A stretch of DNA of 32,000 bases, taken from Erysipelotrichaceae bacterium. Its GTDB lineage: Bacteria > Bacillota_I > Bacilli_A > Erysipelotrichales > Erysipelotrichaceae. The translations under genes and the position numbers were made by a program. How positions within the stretch are numbered: position 1 is the first letter of the stretch; each line of letters opens with the position of its first letter. Where the stretch lies: assembly GCA_030604855.1 (NCBI GenBank), contig JAUVVC010000008.1, positions 1-32,000 on the forward strand, given 5' to 3'. Under the pieces are notes generated by a model. The model ran no database searches. It worked only from the letters and a program-made list of their open reading frames with translations, and was not told where the DNA came from. Below, piece by piece: positions 17,642 to 26,739 of this stretch.

Positions 17642-18567
17642 TAAAATATCGCACTTTAAAGACACAAGCAGAGTTGAATGAAGCGATTCAATTAAGTAAT
17701 CATGTGTTTTTTCAGTGCGATTCTTTTTTTGAACGACGCTATCCCCATGTGTTTAGTTTGGATAATCTAGATCATCTGTTTGGAGCTTTCAATGAGGGTG
17801 AGTTGGTGAGTTTCATAGCGACTTATCCTTCCATTGTATCGTTTAAAGACAGTCTAGTCTCTGTTTGTACACTGGGGTCTGTTTGTACTCACCCAGATTT
17901 TCAAGGCCAAAGGATTTCTTTTCGCTTGTTGGAATACGTAGGAGATGCTTTGAGCGATCAAGTGGATCTGCTCTTCATTTCAGGCGAAGGAAAAAACTAC
18001 CTTCGTTTTAATGCGAGTGTTGCGGGCAAGATCTACGAAGTTCATGTCCCGAGTACAGCTTTTTCAGAGACATCAAAGCCGTATCGAATCATCAAGCGTG
18101 CTGAAGATTTGGATGTGAATGCTTATCATCGAGCGTATCTCAATGAGCGGAAACCTAAATTTGAGAGAAGTCTAAAAGAACAGAAATTGATGGTGAAAGG
18201 TCATTTTGAAGAACTGGGAAATGAACAGAATCTCGTTCTTCAGGATGTTGAGAAGAACGTCTTTGCATGTATTCGTATCGCTTTTGAAGGAGAGAATAAG
18301 ATTGCTTTTATGATCGAACGTGTTGGGGATTTCGACTTACAAATCGCAGAAGATCTTGCTAAGCATTTAAGCTGCGACAAATTTTTCTATCGTTCGCAAT
18401 ATGAAATCTGCTCGCGACATCAGATTTATGCTCAATCTATTCCGATCACTGGTACGATTAAAGTGATCCGCCCCAAGTTTGGATTGAATGCGGTCGATTG
18501 GTTTGGAAACTTGAACCATGAAGGACGATTGCCATCGTTACGTGTGGATCACTTAAACTTTTTATGA
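17638..18567 (+). CDS. GNAT-family (Eis-like) acetyltransferase-fold protein
   Basis: 309 aa. GSVCTHPDFQGQRISFRLLEYV is the GNAT acetyl-CoA (motif A) region. It has extra C-terminal domains, as in Eis-type enzymes. ATGA overlaps at both ends. Confidence 0.6.
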   Translation: MIKYRTLKTQAELNEAIQLSNHVFFQCDSFFERRYPHVFSLDNLDHLFGAFNEGELVSFIATYPSIVSFKDSLVSVCTLGSVCTHPDFQGQRISFRLLEYVGDALSDQVDLLFISGEGKNYLRFNASVAGKIYEVHVPSTAFSETSKPYRIIKRAEDLDVNAYHRAYLNERKPKFERSLKEQKLMVKGHFEELGNEQNLVLQDVEKNVFACIRIAFEGENKIAFMIERVGDFDLQIAEDLAKHLSCDKFFYRSQYEICSRHQIYAQSIPITGTIKVIRPKFGLNAVDWFGNLNHEGRLPSLRVDHLNFL

Positions 18568-20492
18568 GCACTTTTATTAAGATTGAAGAAAAAATGGGAC
18601 TGAGTATGCCCTACGAGGATTTGAACAATCAATTGAATCGTATGGTTTTAAACCGTTCCAAGCAAGCATATGCAAAACGAGATCGGATTAAGCATGAGTT
18701 GAATGACTTGAACCTTCTTAAAAAGCATCAAGCTTCGATCAAAGCGAATGTCTTGAATGCATTGGGAGGGCTACCCAATGTATCGGGTCTGACTCGAGCT
18801 CAAATAAGGTCTATTGAGGAATTCGATGGATATCATCGCGAGAATATCGTATTTGAATCTTTACCCAAGGTGTATGTGACGGCTAATCTGTACAAACCAA
18901 AATTCATACAGTCTGAGCAATATCCCTGCATCATTTTAGCCTGTGGTCATCAAAGACTGGGTAAACATTCAGAAGAATATCAGTTTGTGGCTCAAACCTT
19001 GGTTTCTTATGGGTTCATTGTTTTTGTGCTCGACAATTTTGGTCAAGGGGAGCGATTCAGCTATCTTAAAGAAGGTGTTCAATACATTGAAGCTTTGACA
19101 TACGAGCACGATCATGCGGGTTATCAAAGTAGTCTCTTGGGGGATAATATCGCCCGATACATGGTGCATGACTTACGTCGTGCAATCGACTATCTCGTTA
19201 CAAGGAGTGATGTTGATGCAAAACGGATCGGTATGACAGGCAACTCGGGTGGTGGGACCTTAACATCCTTAATGATGATCTTGGATGATCGTATCCAAGC
19301 AGCCGCACCCGCAACCTTTATTACGCGTCGAGACATCTATCAAATGACGGGTCAAGCGCAAGATCGTGAGCAACATTGGTTTAATCTGGCTGATCAAGGC
19401 TTTGATCATGAAGATTTCTTATTGGCATTCACGCCTAAACCACTTCGATTATTGATTGCGAACCATGACTTCTTCCCTGTCGAAGGCACCTTGAAATCGT
19501 ACTCATTGGCTAGAAGAGCCTACGCTCTTTACGAAAGCATAGATCAGCTGAGTTATATGCGATTTCCGGTTGAACACAGTTATCCAATCGAGATGGCAAA
19601 GGATGCGGCACTCTTTTTTCAGTCTGTATTCATGCTAGAGGGTCATCATCCCATTCGGCATCATTTTGATGAGCATTGTTTATGCACTGCAAAGGGACAT
19701 GTGGTAAGTACGTATCCAAATGCTCGTTTTGTTTATGATTTGAATTTGGAACGACTCGAAGCCATAAAAAAGAAACGTGATCTAGATGCCAATACGCAAT
19801 TGATTCAGTATTTGAAAGATATTGTTTATAAGCATCGACATTTTGATGCGTTTCATACAAGATTTTTAGGCGTTTTGGATGAGATATCGACTTGTCATTT
19901 AGAACATTGGACCTATCAATCACAAGTAGATATGTCTTCGAGTATATTATGGTTTAGAAACAAAGAGCAGAGCACACATCAAGTACTAGCTATTTGGGCA
20001 GGGGGAAGTTCTAAGCTGAGTCAATATGAGGTGTTCGTAAACGAATGTCTCAAAAACCAAAAGGATGTGTTTGTCTTAGATCTAAGTGGAGAAGGCTATC
20101 TTAGACAAAGTGATTTGATTGAATGGGCAAAGAGCGATGAGAGTTATGGCTCACTTTATAAGCTGAATGATGATCTGTTCTGGCTTGGAGATTCATTGGC
20201 TGCGCTGCGCACCTATGAGCTCATCCAAGCGATTGAATGGATTCAAACACAAGAAAACAAACCTCTTGAAATCCAAGCCTTTGGTAAACACAGCATTTAT
20301 GCAAAGATTGCGTCTTGTTTAAGTCGTCATCGATGCACATATCATGAACACGATGGATTTAAAGGATATGAGGATTGGTTGAAACAATGGACATATGTGG
20401 AAAGTGATGGCTGGAATTTCTTGTTTCCGGGAATACTTCGTTATGGGGATCTTTCCGATCTCCAGTGCAATGATAATCAAGCGGGTGTTTAG
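18564..20492 (+). CDS. Alpha/beta-hydrolase (esterase-like, Ser nucleophile in GNSGGG) with a second, apparently degenerate alpha/beta-hydrolase-like half
   Basis: 642 aa. The oxyanion-type segment ILACGHQRLGK, the nucleophile elbow IGMTGNSGGGT and the downstream D/H-containing segments resemble acetyl-esterase or dienelactone-hydrolase-like families. Residues from about 470 on (VLAIWAGGS...VFVLDLSGEG...LGDSLAALR) look like a repeat of the fold without a clean GxSxG. Confidence 0.6.
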   Translation: MSTFIKIEEKMGLSMPYEDLNNQLNRMVLNRSKQAYAKRDRIKHELNDLNLLKKHQASIKANVLNALGGLPNVSGLTRAQIRSIEEFDGYHRENIVFESLPKVYVTANLYKPKFIQSEQYPCIILACGHQRLGKHSEEYQFVAQTLVSYGFIVFVLDNFGQGERFSYLKEGVQYIEALTYEHDHAGYQSSLLGDNIARYMVHDLRRAIDYLVTRSDVDAKRIGMTGNSGGGTLTSLMMILDDRIQAAAPATFITRRDIYQMTGQAQDREQHWFNLADQGFDHEDFLLAFTPKPLRLLIANHDFFPVEGTLKSYSLARRAYALYESIDQLSYMRFPVEHSYPIEMAKDAALFFQSVFMLEGHHPIRHHFDEHCLCTAKGHVVSTYPNARFVYDLNLERLEAIKKKRDLDANTQLIQYLKDIVYKHRHFDAFHTRFLGVLDEISTCHLEHWTYQSQVDMSSSILWFRNKEQSTHQVLAIWAGGSSKLSQYEVFVNECLKNQKDVFVLDLSGEGYLRQSDLIEWAKSDESYGSLYKLNDDLFWLGDSLAALRTYELIQAIEWIQTQENKPLEIQAFGKHSIYAKIASCLSRHRCTYHEHDGFKGYEDWLKQWTYVESDGWNFLFPGILRYGDLSDLQCNDNQAGV

Positions 20493-20558
20493 TCGGCTAT
20501 CATAAACTAATGAGACTTATAAGAAAATCTAAGAGGATGGAAATAAGAGAGGCTTGAA

Positions 20559-22481
20559 ATGAGATACATTTTACGACAAACGATTTTAGAGTCAAAATGG
20601 GAATGTCAGATTGAAGAGATCTTAACACTGGCCAAAAAGGTTCCAATTGAAGAAATCATGTTCATGGAGCAATCACACCAAATCGTAATGGTTCCTTATC
20701 CCCTTGAAAAACATCAGAGGATGGCAGAGATTTATGCAATCATGGGGCAACGTCTGCGAGAGGCGGGAATTGATTATTCAGTGAACATCGCTACGATTGT
20801 CGGACATGCGGATGCGCCAGTTTCGGAATCCATGGCTTTTCCGTTTCAGAAATTTATCGGTGAGGATTTGAAAGAGTGCAATGCAGTCTATTGCATTGGA
20901 GACGAAGATTGGCAATCCTATGCACAAGAAGTCGTCAAACTCTACGCACAAACGCATCCAAAGCGCATCATGATCGATGATGATTTCAGGTCGCTCAATC
21001 ACACGGCACAATTCGGCTGCTTTTGTGATCTGCACATGACATCATTAAGAAATGAGCTTCAACTTTCAAAGGATTTTACATCGGATCAGCTCGTGAGAGT
21101 TCTACTCGGTCATTCAGTGAATGAGATAATAATCAAACAGGCATGGCAGAAAGTCAATTTTGATTTCCAGCTCAATGCCGCAAAGAAGATCGAACATGCG
21201 ATCCATTCAATTGATCCTATGATAGAAGTCGGATTGATGAATTCAGGTGAACAAACGCATTCTTTACAGGGACGAGACATGTCCAAGCTTCTTCAAACAT
21301 TTGCAGGGGAAGATCGTAAAGCACTTTCAAGACCAGCAGGCGGTGCTTATGCGGATGGTCTCCATGCACAGATCATCAATATGCACCAAATGCCCGCACT
21401 GAGCTATCATGCAGCAAAAGTTGATACATTTTGGGTTTCTGAGGTTGAAAACTGGCCACATACACGATACAACAAAAGTCTTGCCATAACAAAACTACAA
21501 CTTTTGATGCATGCCTTGTTTGGTGCGGATGCATTGACACTGAATTTATACGATTATCTAGCGACTCCGCATGCGCTTGAGCCTGGATGGGAAGACATAT
21601 TAAGAACGAGCAAGCCACAGTTGGATAAAATTAAGGAAATACGTAAAGGTAAAAGTCTCAAAGGCGTTTCTTTACCCTGGAAAGATAATTATGCATCTGT
21701 AACGAAGAATCGCTCTCATACATTTTCTGATCTCTACCCTAGACGGCCTCTAGATTTACTTTTACCACAGATGGGGATTCCAACTCAATTTGAGATATCA
21801 ACGATCAACATCCTACTTGGTGATGAAGTCCTGGCGTACACACTGGATGAACTTGAAATGTTCTTAAGCAGAGGGTTGTTGTTGGATAATATCGCAGCCA
21901 GACATTTGATTGAATTGGGTTATCAGAAGGATTTAGGCATTCGTTTTAAAGAGCGGATTGAAGGGCCTTGTGTTGAGCGCTTAAGTGATGTTTATTTTTC
22001 TGAAGCTTACCATCAACGTGATATTCCAACAAACTGGTTTAGAATGAACATTCAAGGGGATGCCATTGAAGTGATGGAACTTGATGCATCCGCAAAAGCC
22101 ATTGCTCATTTTGTTGATCCAGAAGATAACGTCCTCAGTCCTTCAATAGCTTTGTTTGAAAACGCAAGAGCTGGCAAGATTGCGATCATGGCTCAAACAG
22201 TTCAGGAACTGGCATTTCTTCATCGGGGAAAATCCATTCAAATGCAAGCCATCTTTAAGTGGATGGATCCAGGAATCGAAACTTTTATGATTTATGAGAG
22301 ACCCAATATCGCTCCTTTTGTATACGAAGATGAAAAAGAAGGTCTCTATGTTTTGGTCAATACAGGCTTGGATGAAGAAAGTATAGAACTCCCTGAGCAA
22401 TTCCTTGCAATAGATGGAATTGATCATCGAAAGATTACCCTTAAACCCTTGGATTTTAAAGTGTTTAAATATCAAGTCTAA
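20559..22481 (+). CDS. 640-aa conserved-looking cytoplasmic protein of unknown function (last gene of the operon)
   Basis: Long uninterrupted ORF with an SD (AGAGAGG) and no signal peptide or TM segments. I recognise no family motif. Segments such as IMIDDDFRSLNH...GCFCDLH and VSEVENWPHTRYN could be active-site-like, but that is speculation. Confidence 0.6.
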   Translation: MRYILRQTILESKWECQIEEILTLAKKVPIEEIMFMEQSHQIVMVPYPLEKHQRMAEIYAIMGQRLREAGIDYSVNIATIVGHADAPVSESMAFPFQKFIGEDLKECNAVYCIGDEDWQSYAQEVVKLYAQTHPKRIMIDDDFRSLNHTAQFGCFCDLHMTSLRNELQLSKDFTSDQLVRVLLGHSVNEIIIKQAWQKVNFDFQLNAAKKIEHAIHSIDPMIEVGLMNSGEQTHSLQGRDMSKLLQTFAGEDRKALSRPAGGAYADGLHAQIINMHQMPALSYHAAKVDTFWVSEVENWPHTRYNKSLAITKLQLLMHALFGADALTLNLYDYLATPHALEPGWEDILRTSKPQLDKIKEIRKGKSLKGVSLPWKDNYASVTKNRSHTFSDLYPRRPLDLLLPQMGIPTQFEISTINILLGDEVLAYTLDELEMFLSRGLLLDNIAARHLIELGYQKDLGIRFKERIEGPCVERLSDVYFSEAYHQRDIPTNWFRMNIQGDAIEVMELDASAKAIAHFVDPEDNVLSPSIALFENARAGKIAIMAQTVQELAFLHRGKSIQMQAIFKWMDPGIETFMIYERPNIAPFVYEDEKEGLYVLVNTGLDEESIELPEQFLAIDGIDHRKITLKPLDFKVFKYQV

Positions 22482-22538
22482 GAAGGTTTTTGTGAGCAAA
22501 ATCAAGCATTCGTTTATTCGAATGTGTATAATATCGTC

Positions 22539-23123
22539 ATGAATCAGCTCAAGAAAAAATACAAACTCAAACAGATGTACATCATCATACTTAGAGCATA
22601 TCGTTCCATCCTCAGTCTTTTCAAAAATCGTATTAAAAAAACTGTCGATCCGATGTTGATTGAACGTTTGATGTTAGCGACGACTGAAGTAAATGGCTGT
22701 GATGTGTGTTCTTATGCACATACAAAAATGGCGCTTATGGAAGGATTCAAGCAAGAAGAAATCGATGCATTTTTAAGTGGCAGTGCGGATTATGTACATG
22801 AACATGAAGCTAAAGCAATCTTTTATGCCCAACATGTCGCGGATACGATGGGTGAACCTGATTCTGATGCCACACGTGTTTTATTGGAAAACTATGGTGT
22901 TCAAGCCTCAAAAATCATGCGTGCTGGAATAAACATGATGATGATGGGTAATGTCAGTGGAATTCCATTGAGTGCCTTGCTTAGAAGAATGAAGGGAAAT
23001 CCCTATCAGAACAGTACCCTGCTCTATGAGTTAGGTATGTTGGCAGTGCAGCCCCTCGTATTTGCCTTCGCTTTTATTCATGCGATCCTAGATGCGTTAA
23101 TATTTAAAAGATTTGGGCTGTGA
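22539..23123 (+). CDS. Carboxymuconolactone decarboxylase/AhpD-like family protein with a hydrophobic C-terminal tail
   Basis: TTEVNGCDVCSYAHTKMAL is the AhpD/CMD CxxC...H core. The C-terminal LLYELGMLAVQPLVFAFAFIHAIL is hydrophobic. The start is ambiguous: GTG 22524 or ATG 22539, neither with an SD. Confidence 0.6.
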   Translation: MNQLKKKYKLKQMYIIILRAYRSILSLFKNRIKKTVDPMLIERLMLATTEVNGCDVCSYAHTKMALMEGFKQEEIDAFLSGSADYVHEHEAKAIFYAQHVADTMGEPDSDATRVLLENYGVQASKIMRAGINMMMMGNVSGIPLSALLRRMKGNPYQNSTLLYELGMLAVQPLVFAFAFIHAILDALIFKRFGL

Positions 23124-23135
23124 GGACGTGTTCAA

Positions 23136-23695
23136 GTGGAAAAAATACTCGTTAACGAACTACTAACTTTGCAGTATAAATGGGTTTTGGAGCTTGGACT
23201 TGTCATCTGAGAATTCCAGGAACATCTAAATTGGATGGTAAATGGGGCTTGTTGAAAGTGTCTGGAACCATTGATGGCTTTCCGGTATCGAATTTCAATC
23301 TAGCACCTCGAAAAGGAGAAGATCGCATCATCTCAATCAATAAGAAGATACGAGATGCGATTGGGATTGGACTTCAGAATTTTCCTGAAGGCGCTGCTGT
23401 ATCCATTCCATTACGTCGTGAAGGGTTCAGTCGAACAAAAGCGTTCTTATATGGGCAAGCTTCAGGGATAGTAGAACCACTCGCGGGTGTTCTTGGTGCA
23501 TATGCGGTTATTAAGATTCAACCCATCTTACCTTATGCGCTCGCATTTGCGGCAGGCGCCATGATTTACGTCGTTGTTGAGGAACTTATTCCCGAAGCAC
23601 AAAGAGAAGAAGGTGGTTCAAAGACGGATGTTGCGACGATTGGTGCGATGTTAGGTTTTGCGGTCATGATGGAACTTGATGTTGCGTTAGGTTGA
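23136..23695 (+). pseudogene. Decayed chimera: a frameshifted DUF1905-like gene fused in frame to the C-terminal roughly 110 codons of a ZIP (ZupT/GufA-like) metal transporter
   Basis: GTG 23136 (SD GAGGA) opens [15 protein letters not shown]..., which stops at 23210. The +2 frame from 23180 continues [13 protein letters not shown]...[13 protein letters not shown]...[10 protein letters not shown] (DUF1905-like). At about 23360-23372 it switches to [13 protein letters not shown]...[19 protein letters not shown]...[13 protein letters not shown], the last helices of a ZIP transporter. The N-terminal roughly 150 residues of that transporter are absent. Confidence 0.6.
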
Positions 23696-23744
23696 TTATC
23701 CAATACGTTCACATTGTTGATCGTGTTTATTTCTGATAAATATT

Positions 23745-23775
23745 AAAAAGAACTGATTTGAAAGTCAGTTCTTTG
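23745..23775. terminator. Bidirectional terminator between the ZIP remnant (+) and proA (-)
   Basis: AGAACTGA (23749-23756) pairs with TCAGTTCT (23765-23772). It is flanked by an A-run on the left and a T-run on the right. Confidence 0.65.
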
Positions 23776-23804
23776 CATTTATACCTTTATTGAATTACAA
23801 ACAT

Positions 23805-25046
23805 CTATCGAACTTGACCATCCCCATGGATCAGATACTTGATTGTACACAATTCATTCAACCCCATCGGCCCACGCGCATGAAGCTTCTGTGTTGAAAT
23901 CCCAATTTCTGCCCCATAACCAAACTCTGAACCATCGGTAAAACGTGTCGACGCATTGACGTAAACCGCTGCCGCATCAATCTCTTTCTGGAAACGTTGA
24001 GCAGCTGATAGATCTTGCGTCACGATGCTTTCAGAATGTTTAGTACCGTATTTTTGAATGTGTTCAATGGCTTCTTGTAAACCATTCACAATCTTTACTC
24101 CAATGATTAAATCAAGGTACTCAGTTTCCCAATCCTCGGGGTTTGCTAATATAAGATCTGGATAAAGTTCTTTCGTTTTATGACAAGCTCTGATTTCCAC
24201 ACTCGCCTCTTTTAGTGCAGGAATGAGTAAATCCAAGAACTGGGGAGCGATACTTTGATCAACTAAGCACTTCTCCGCCGCATTGCATACACCTGGTCTT
24301 GAACACTTCGCGTTGATCACAATGGCCAGTGCCTTGCGTAAATCCGCACTTTGTTCGACATAAATGTGACAATTTCCAACACCGGTCTCAAGGACAGGAA
24401 CTTTGGCGTTCTCAATTACAGATTGAATGAGTTTTGCGGAACCACGTGGAATCAACACATCAATGTGCTCACGATCCTGCATGAGTTCAAGAGCAAGTGT
24501 ACGATCATTATCTTCAATGAATTGGACACTGTCTGGTGATATGGCATTTCTTGTCAAAGCTTCTTTGATGAGTGAGACGAGGTATTTGTTGCTATGGTAG
24601 GCTTCTTTTCCACCACGTAGAATAACCGCATTCCCTGCTTTTAAACACAAGGCTGCCGCATCGATGGTCACATTGGGTCTTGCTTCATAAATCATCGCAA
24701 TCACACCCAAGGGTACACGAATTTTTTGTATATCTAAGCCATTAGGACGTGTGAATTCTTCAATCACATAACCATTGGGATCATTTAATGCAATGATATC
24801 TTCACAACCCTTGGCCATAGCTTCGATTCTGTTTTCATTCAGACGTAAGCGATCGATTAAAGCAGGGCTTAAACGCTCTTGATTGTTCTGGATATCGATT
24901 TCATTCTCATCCAATATAAATTCACTGTTTTCTCTTAGTAGGGTTGCTAGACTTTGTAAGAAAGCATTCTTAACTTCTGCTGAAACAAGTGCCATCTCTA
25001 AGGATGCTTGCTTTGCTAGGATTGCTTTAGTTTTCACTTCATTCAT
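23805..25046 (-). CDS. proA: Gamma-glutamyl phosphate reductase
   Basis: Aldehyde-dehydrogenase-fold ProA hallmarks: IYEARPNVT, AVILRGGKEA, CNAAEKCLV (catalytic Cys) and ASTRFTDG. The ATG at 25046 is preferred. It overlaps the proB stop by 8 nt. The track ORF extends to 25073. Confidence 0.9.
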   Translation of the reverse strand: MNEVKTKAILAKQASLEMALVSAEVKNAFLQSLATLLRENSEFILDENEIDIQNNQERLSPALIDRLRLNENRIEAMAKGCEDIIALNDPNGYVIEEFTRPNGLDIQKIRVPLGVIAMIYEARPNVTIDAAALCLKAGNAVILRGGKEAYHSNKYLVSLIKEALTRNAISPDSVQFIEDNDRTLALELMQDREHIDVLIPRGSAKLIQSVIENAKVPVLETGVGNCHIYVEQSADLRKALAIVINAKCSRPGVCNAAEKCLVDQSIAPQFLDLLIPALKEASVEIRACHKTKELYPDLILANPEDWETEYLDLIIGVKIVNGLQEAIEHIQKYGTKHSESIVTQDLSAAQRFQKEIDAAAVYVNASTRFTDGSEFGYGAEIGISTQKLHARGPMGLNELCTIKYLIHGDGQVR

Positions 25047-25848
25047 TTCTCTTACCTTTGAACCATGTACCAATCAGTTCACCTTTTGTAAGGGCATAGA
25101 GTATACTTGGGTTTTCACCATGTGCAATGATCATGTTGATGCCTTCAGCCATAACGATTTGTGCAGCTTTAAGCTTTGTGCTCATTCCACCTGTCCCAAG
25201 GGAGGAAATTGCCCCTTTCGCATTATTGAGTAGATCTTCAGTAAGATCATCCACATGATCAATCAACACCGCATCTGAATTCACTTTAGGATTGTCCGTA
25301 TAGAACCCGTCGATGTCGGATAGAAGAATAAGCAGATCCGCATGAACATTCTTCGCAACCAAAGCACTTAAAGTGTCATTATCCCCAATGGATTTCTCAC
25401 CTTCGATTTCATCCGTGGCGACAGGATCATTCTCATTCACAATTGGGACGATGCCTTGAGATAACAACTTAGCAAAACTGTTCTGAACATTCTTCCTTAA
25501 GACAGGTTTTTCAAACACATCAGACGTTAAAAGAATTTGAGCAACCACATGCCCGTATTCCCCAAAGAACTTTGAATAGAGATGCATCAATTCGGATTGC
25601 CCTACAGCCGCTGCTGCTTGTCGCTCGACAACCGTTACAGGACGATGGGTCCATTTCATCTTGGCAGCCCCAATACCAATCGCACCAGAGGAAACCAAGA
25701 TGATCTCTTTGCCTTCATTCGCAAGATCACTTAAAACTTCGGATAATTTGTCCAAACGTGCGAAATTGATTTTACCGTTTTCATGTGTAAGCGTTGAAGT
25801 TCCTACTTTAACCACGATTCTCTTTGCATCCTTGATCGATGTGCGCAT
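25039..25848 (-). CDS. proB: Glutamate 5-kinase (short form without PUA domain)
   Basis: 269 aa. RIVVKVGTSTLT, ILVSSGAIGIG, PIVNENDPVAT and GDNDTLSALVA are amino-acid-kinase/ProB motifs. SD AAGGAGA lies upstream. Confidence 0.9.
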   Translation of the reverse strand: MRTSIKDAKRIVVKVGTSTLTHENGKINFARLDKLSEVLSDLANEGKEIILVSSGAIGIGAAKMKWTHRPVTVVERQAAAAVGQSELMHLYSKFFGEYGHVVAQILLTSDVFEKPVLRKNVQNSFAKLLSQGIVPIVNENDPVATDEIEGEKSIGDNDTLSALVAKNVHADLLILLSDIDGFYTDNPKVNSDAVLIDHVDDLTEDLLNNAKGAISSLGTGGMSTKLKAAQIVMAEGINMIIAHGENPSILYALTKGELIGTWFKGKRNE

Positions 25849-26001
25849 GGGAGGTCTCCTTATTTTTGCTTATTATACACGATACAAACAGAATACGTGT
25901 ACATTTCAGTGATACGCGTGCGTATAACTCACGATATAGATAGACCTGAATTCAGTGTATGATTAACTTAATTAATAACGATTGGCAAAGGAGGCAAGGA
26001 C

Positions 26002-26586
26002 ATGATGAAATTTAAAACGATTGAGATCGAAGACTTAAACATCAATCCCGTGACCATGATTGGACAAGATTGGTGGCTTGTGACGGCAGGCAATGATATC
26101 AAGGGATACAACACCATGACCGCTTCATGGGGACATCTTGGTGCCATTTGGGGCAAAGAAGGCAAGAAACATAAGAACTTATTGGGTTTACCAACAGCAG
26201 TCGTCTACGTACGACCTCAACGTTACACAAAACAGTTCATGGATACAGAAGCGATCTTCACGCTCTCAGTCTTTGATCGTGCGTATCGTCATGCCTTGGT
26301 AACCCTCGGTTCACACTCAGGGCGAGATGGGGATAAGGTTTCAAAGTCAGGATTGACGCCTATGTTCGATGAAAATGCGACGTACTTCAAAGAGGCAAAA
26401 ATGGTGTTCATCTGTAGGAAAATCTACCAAGCTCCACTGCTTGAAGAAGGGTTTGTCGATACATCGATCCTAAAGTTCAATTATGATGGGGGTGATCTTC
26501 ATGAGATGTATATTGGAGAAATCCTTAAGGTGCTTGTTTGTGAGGAACAGACAAACGAACGCAACATTAAATCGGTGGAGTTATGA
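26002..26586 (+). CDS. Flavin reductase-like (FMN-binding split-barrel) domain protein
   Basis: 194 aa. IGQDWWLVTAGNDIKGYNTMTASWGHLGAIWGK is typical of the flavin-reductase-like family. SD AAAGGAGG sits 7 nt before the ATG. Confidence 0.65.
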   Translation: MMKFKTIEIEDLNINPVTMIGQDWWLVTAGNDIKGYNTMTASWGHLGAIWGKEGKKHKNLLGLPTAVVYVRPQRYTKQFMDTEAIFTLSVFDRAYRHALVTLGSHSGRDGDKVSKSGLTPMFDENATYFKEAKMVFICRKIYQAPLLEEGFVDTSILKFNYDGGDLHEMYIGEILKVLVCEEQTNERNIKSVEL

Positions 26587-26739
26587 TCTTTAGAAAGATG
26601 TTATCAAGCAGGGTTTATGAAAGATTATTAAGTGTCAAATATTTGCAGGGGGATCAATTCGTTTATTCAAACACATGAGCACAATTCGTGCATAATTGAG
26701 TTGTAGAAGTTAATATGATTAACAAAAAGGGAGATTATT

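Noticed and set aside
25849-26001. T-box or other leader riboswitch upstream of proBA, as in some Bacilli
   Set aside because: Only about 150 nt are shared with the divergent flavin-reductase gene. I find no specifier-loop/T-box (AGGGUGGNACCGCG-like) sequence or terminator/antiterminator pair. Short inverted repeats (ATACGC-GT-GCGTAT at about 25913-25926, TACACG...CGTGTA at about 25877-25902) are noted, but they are too weak to call.
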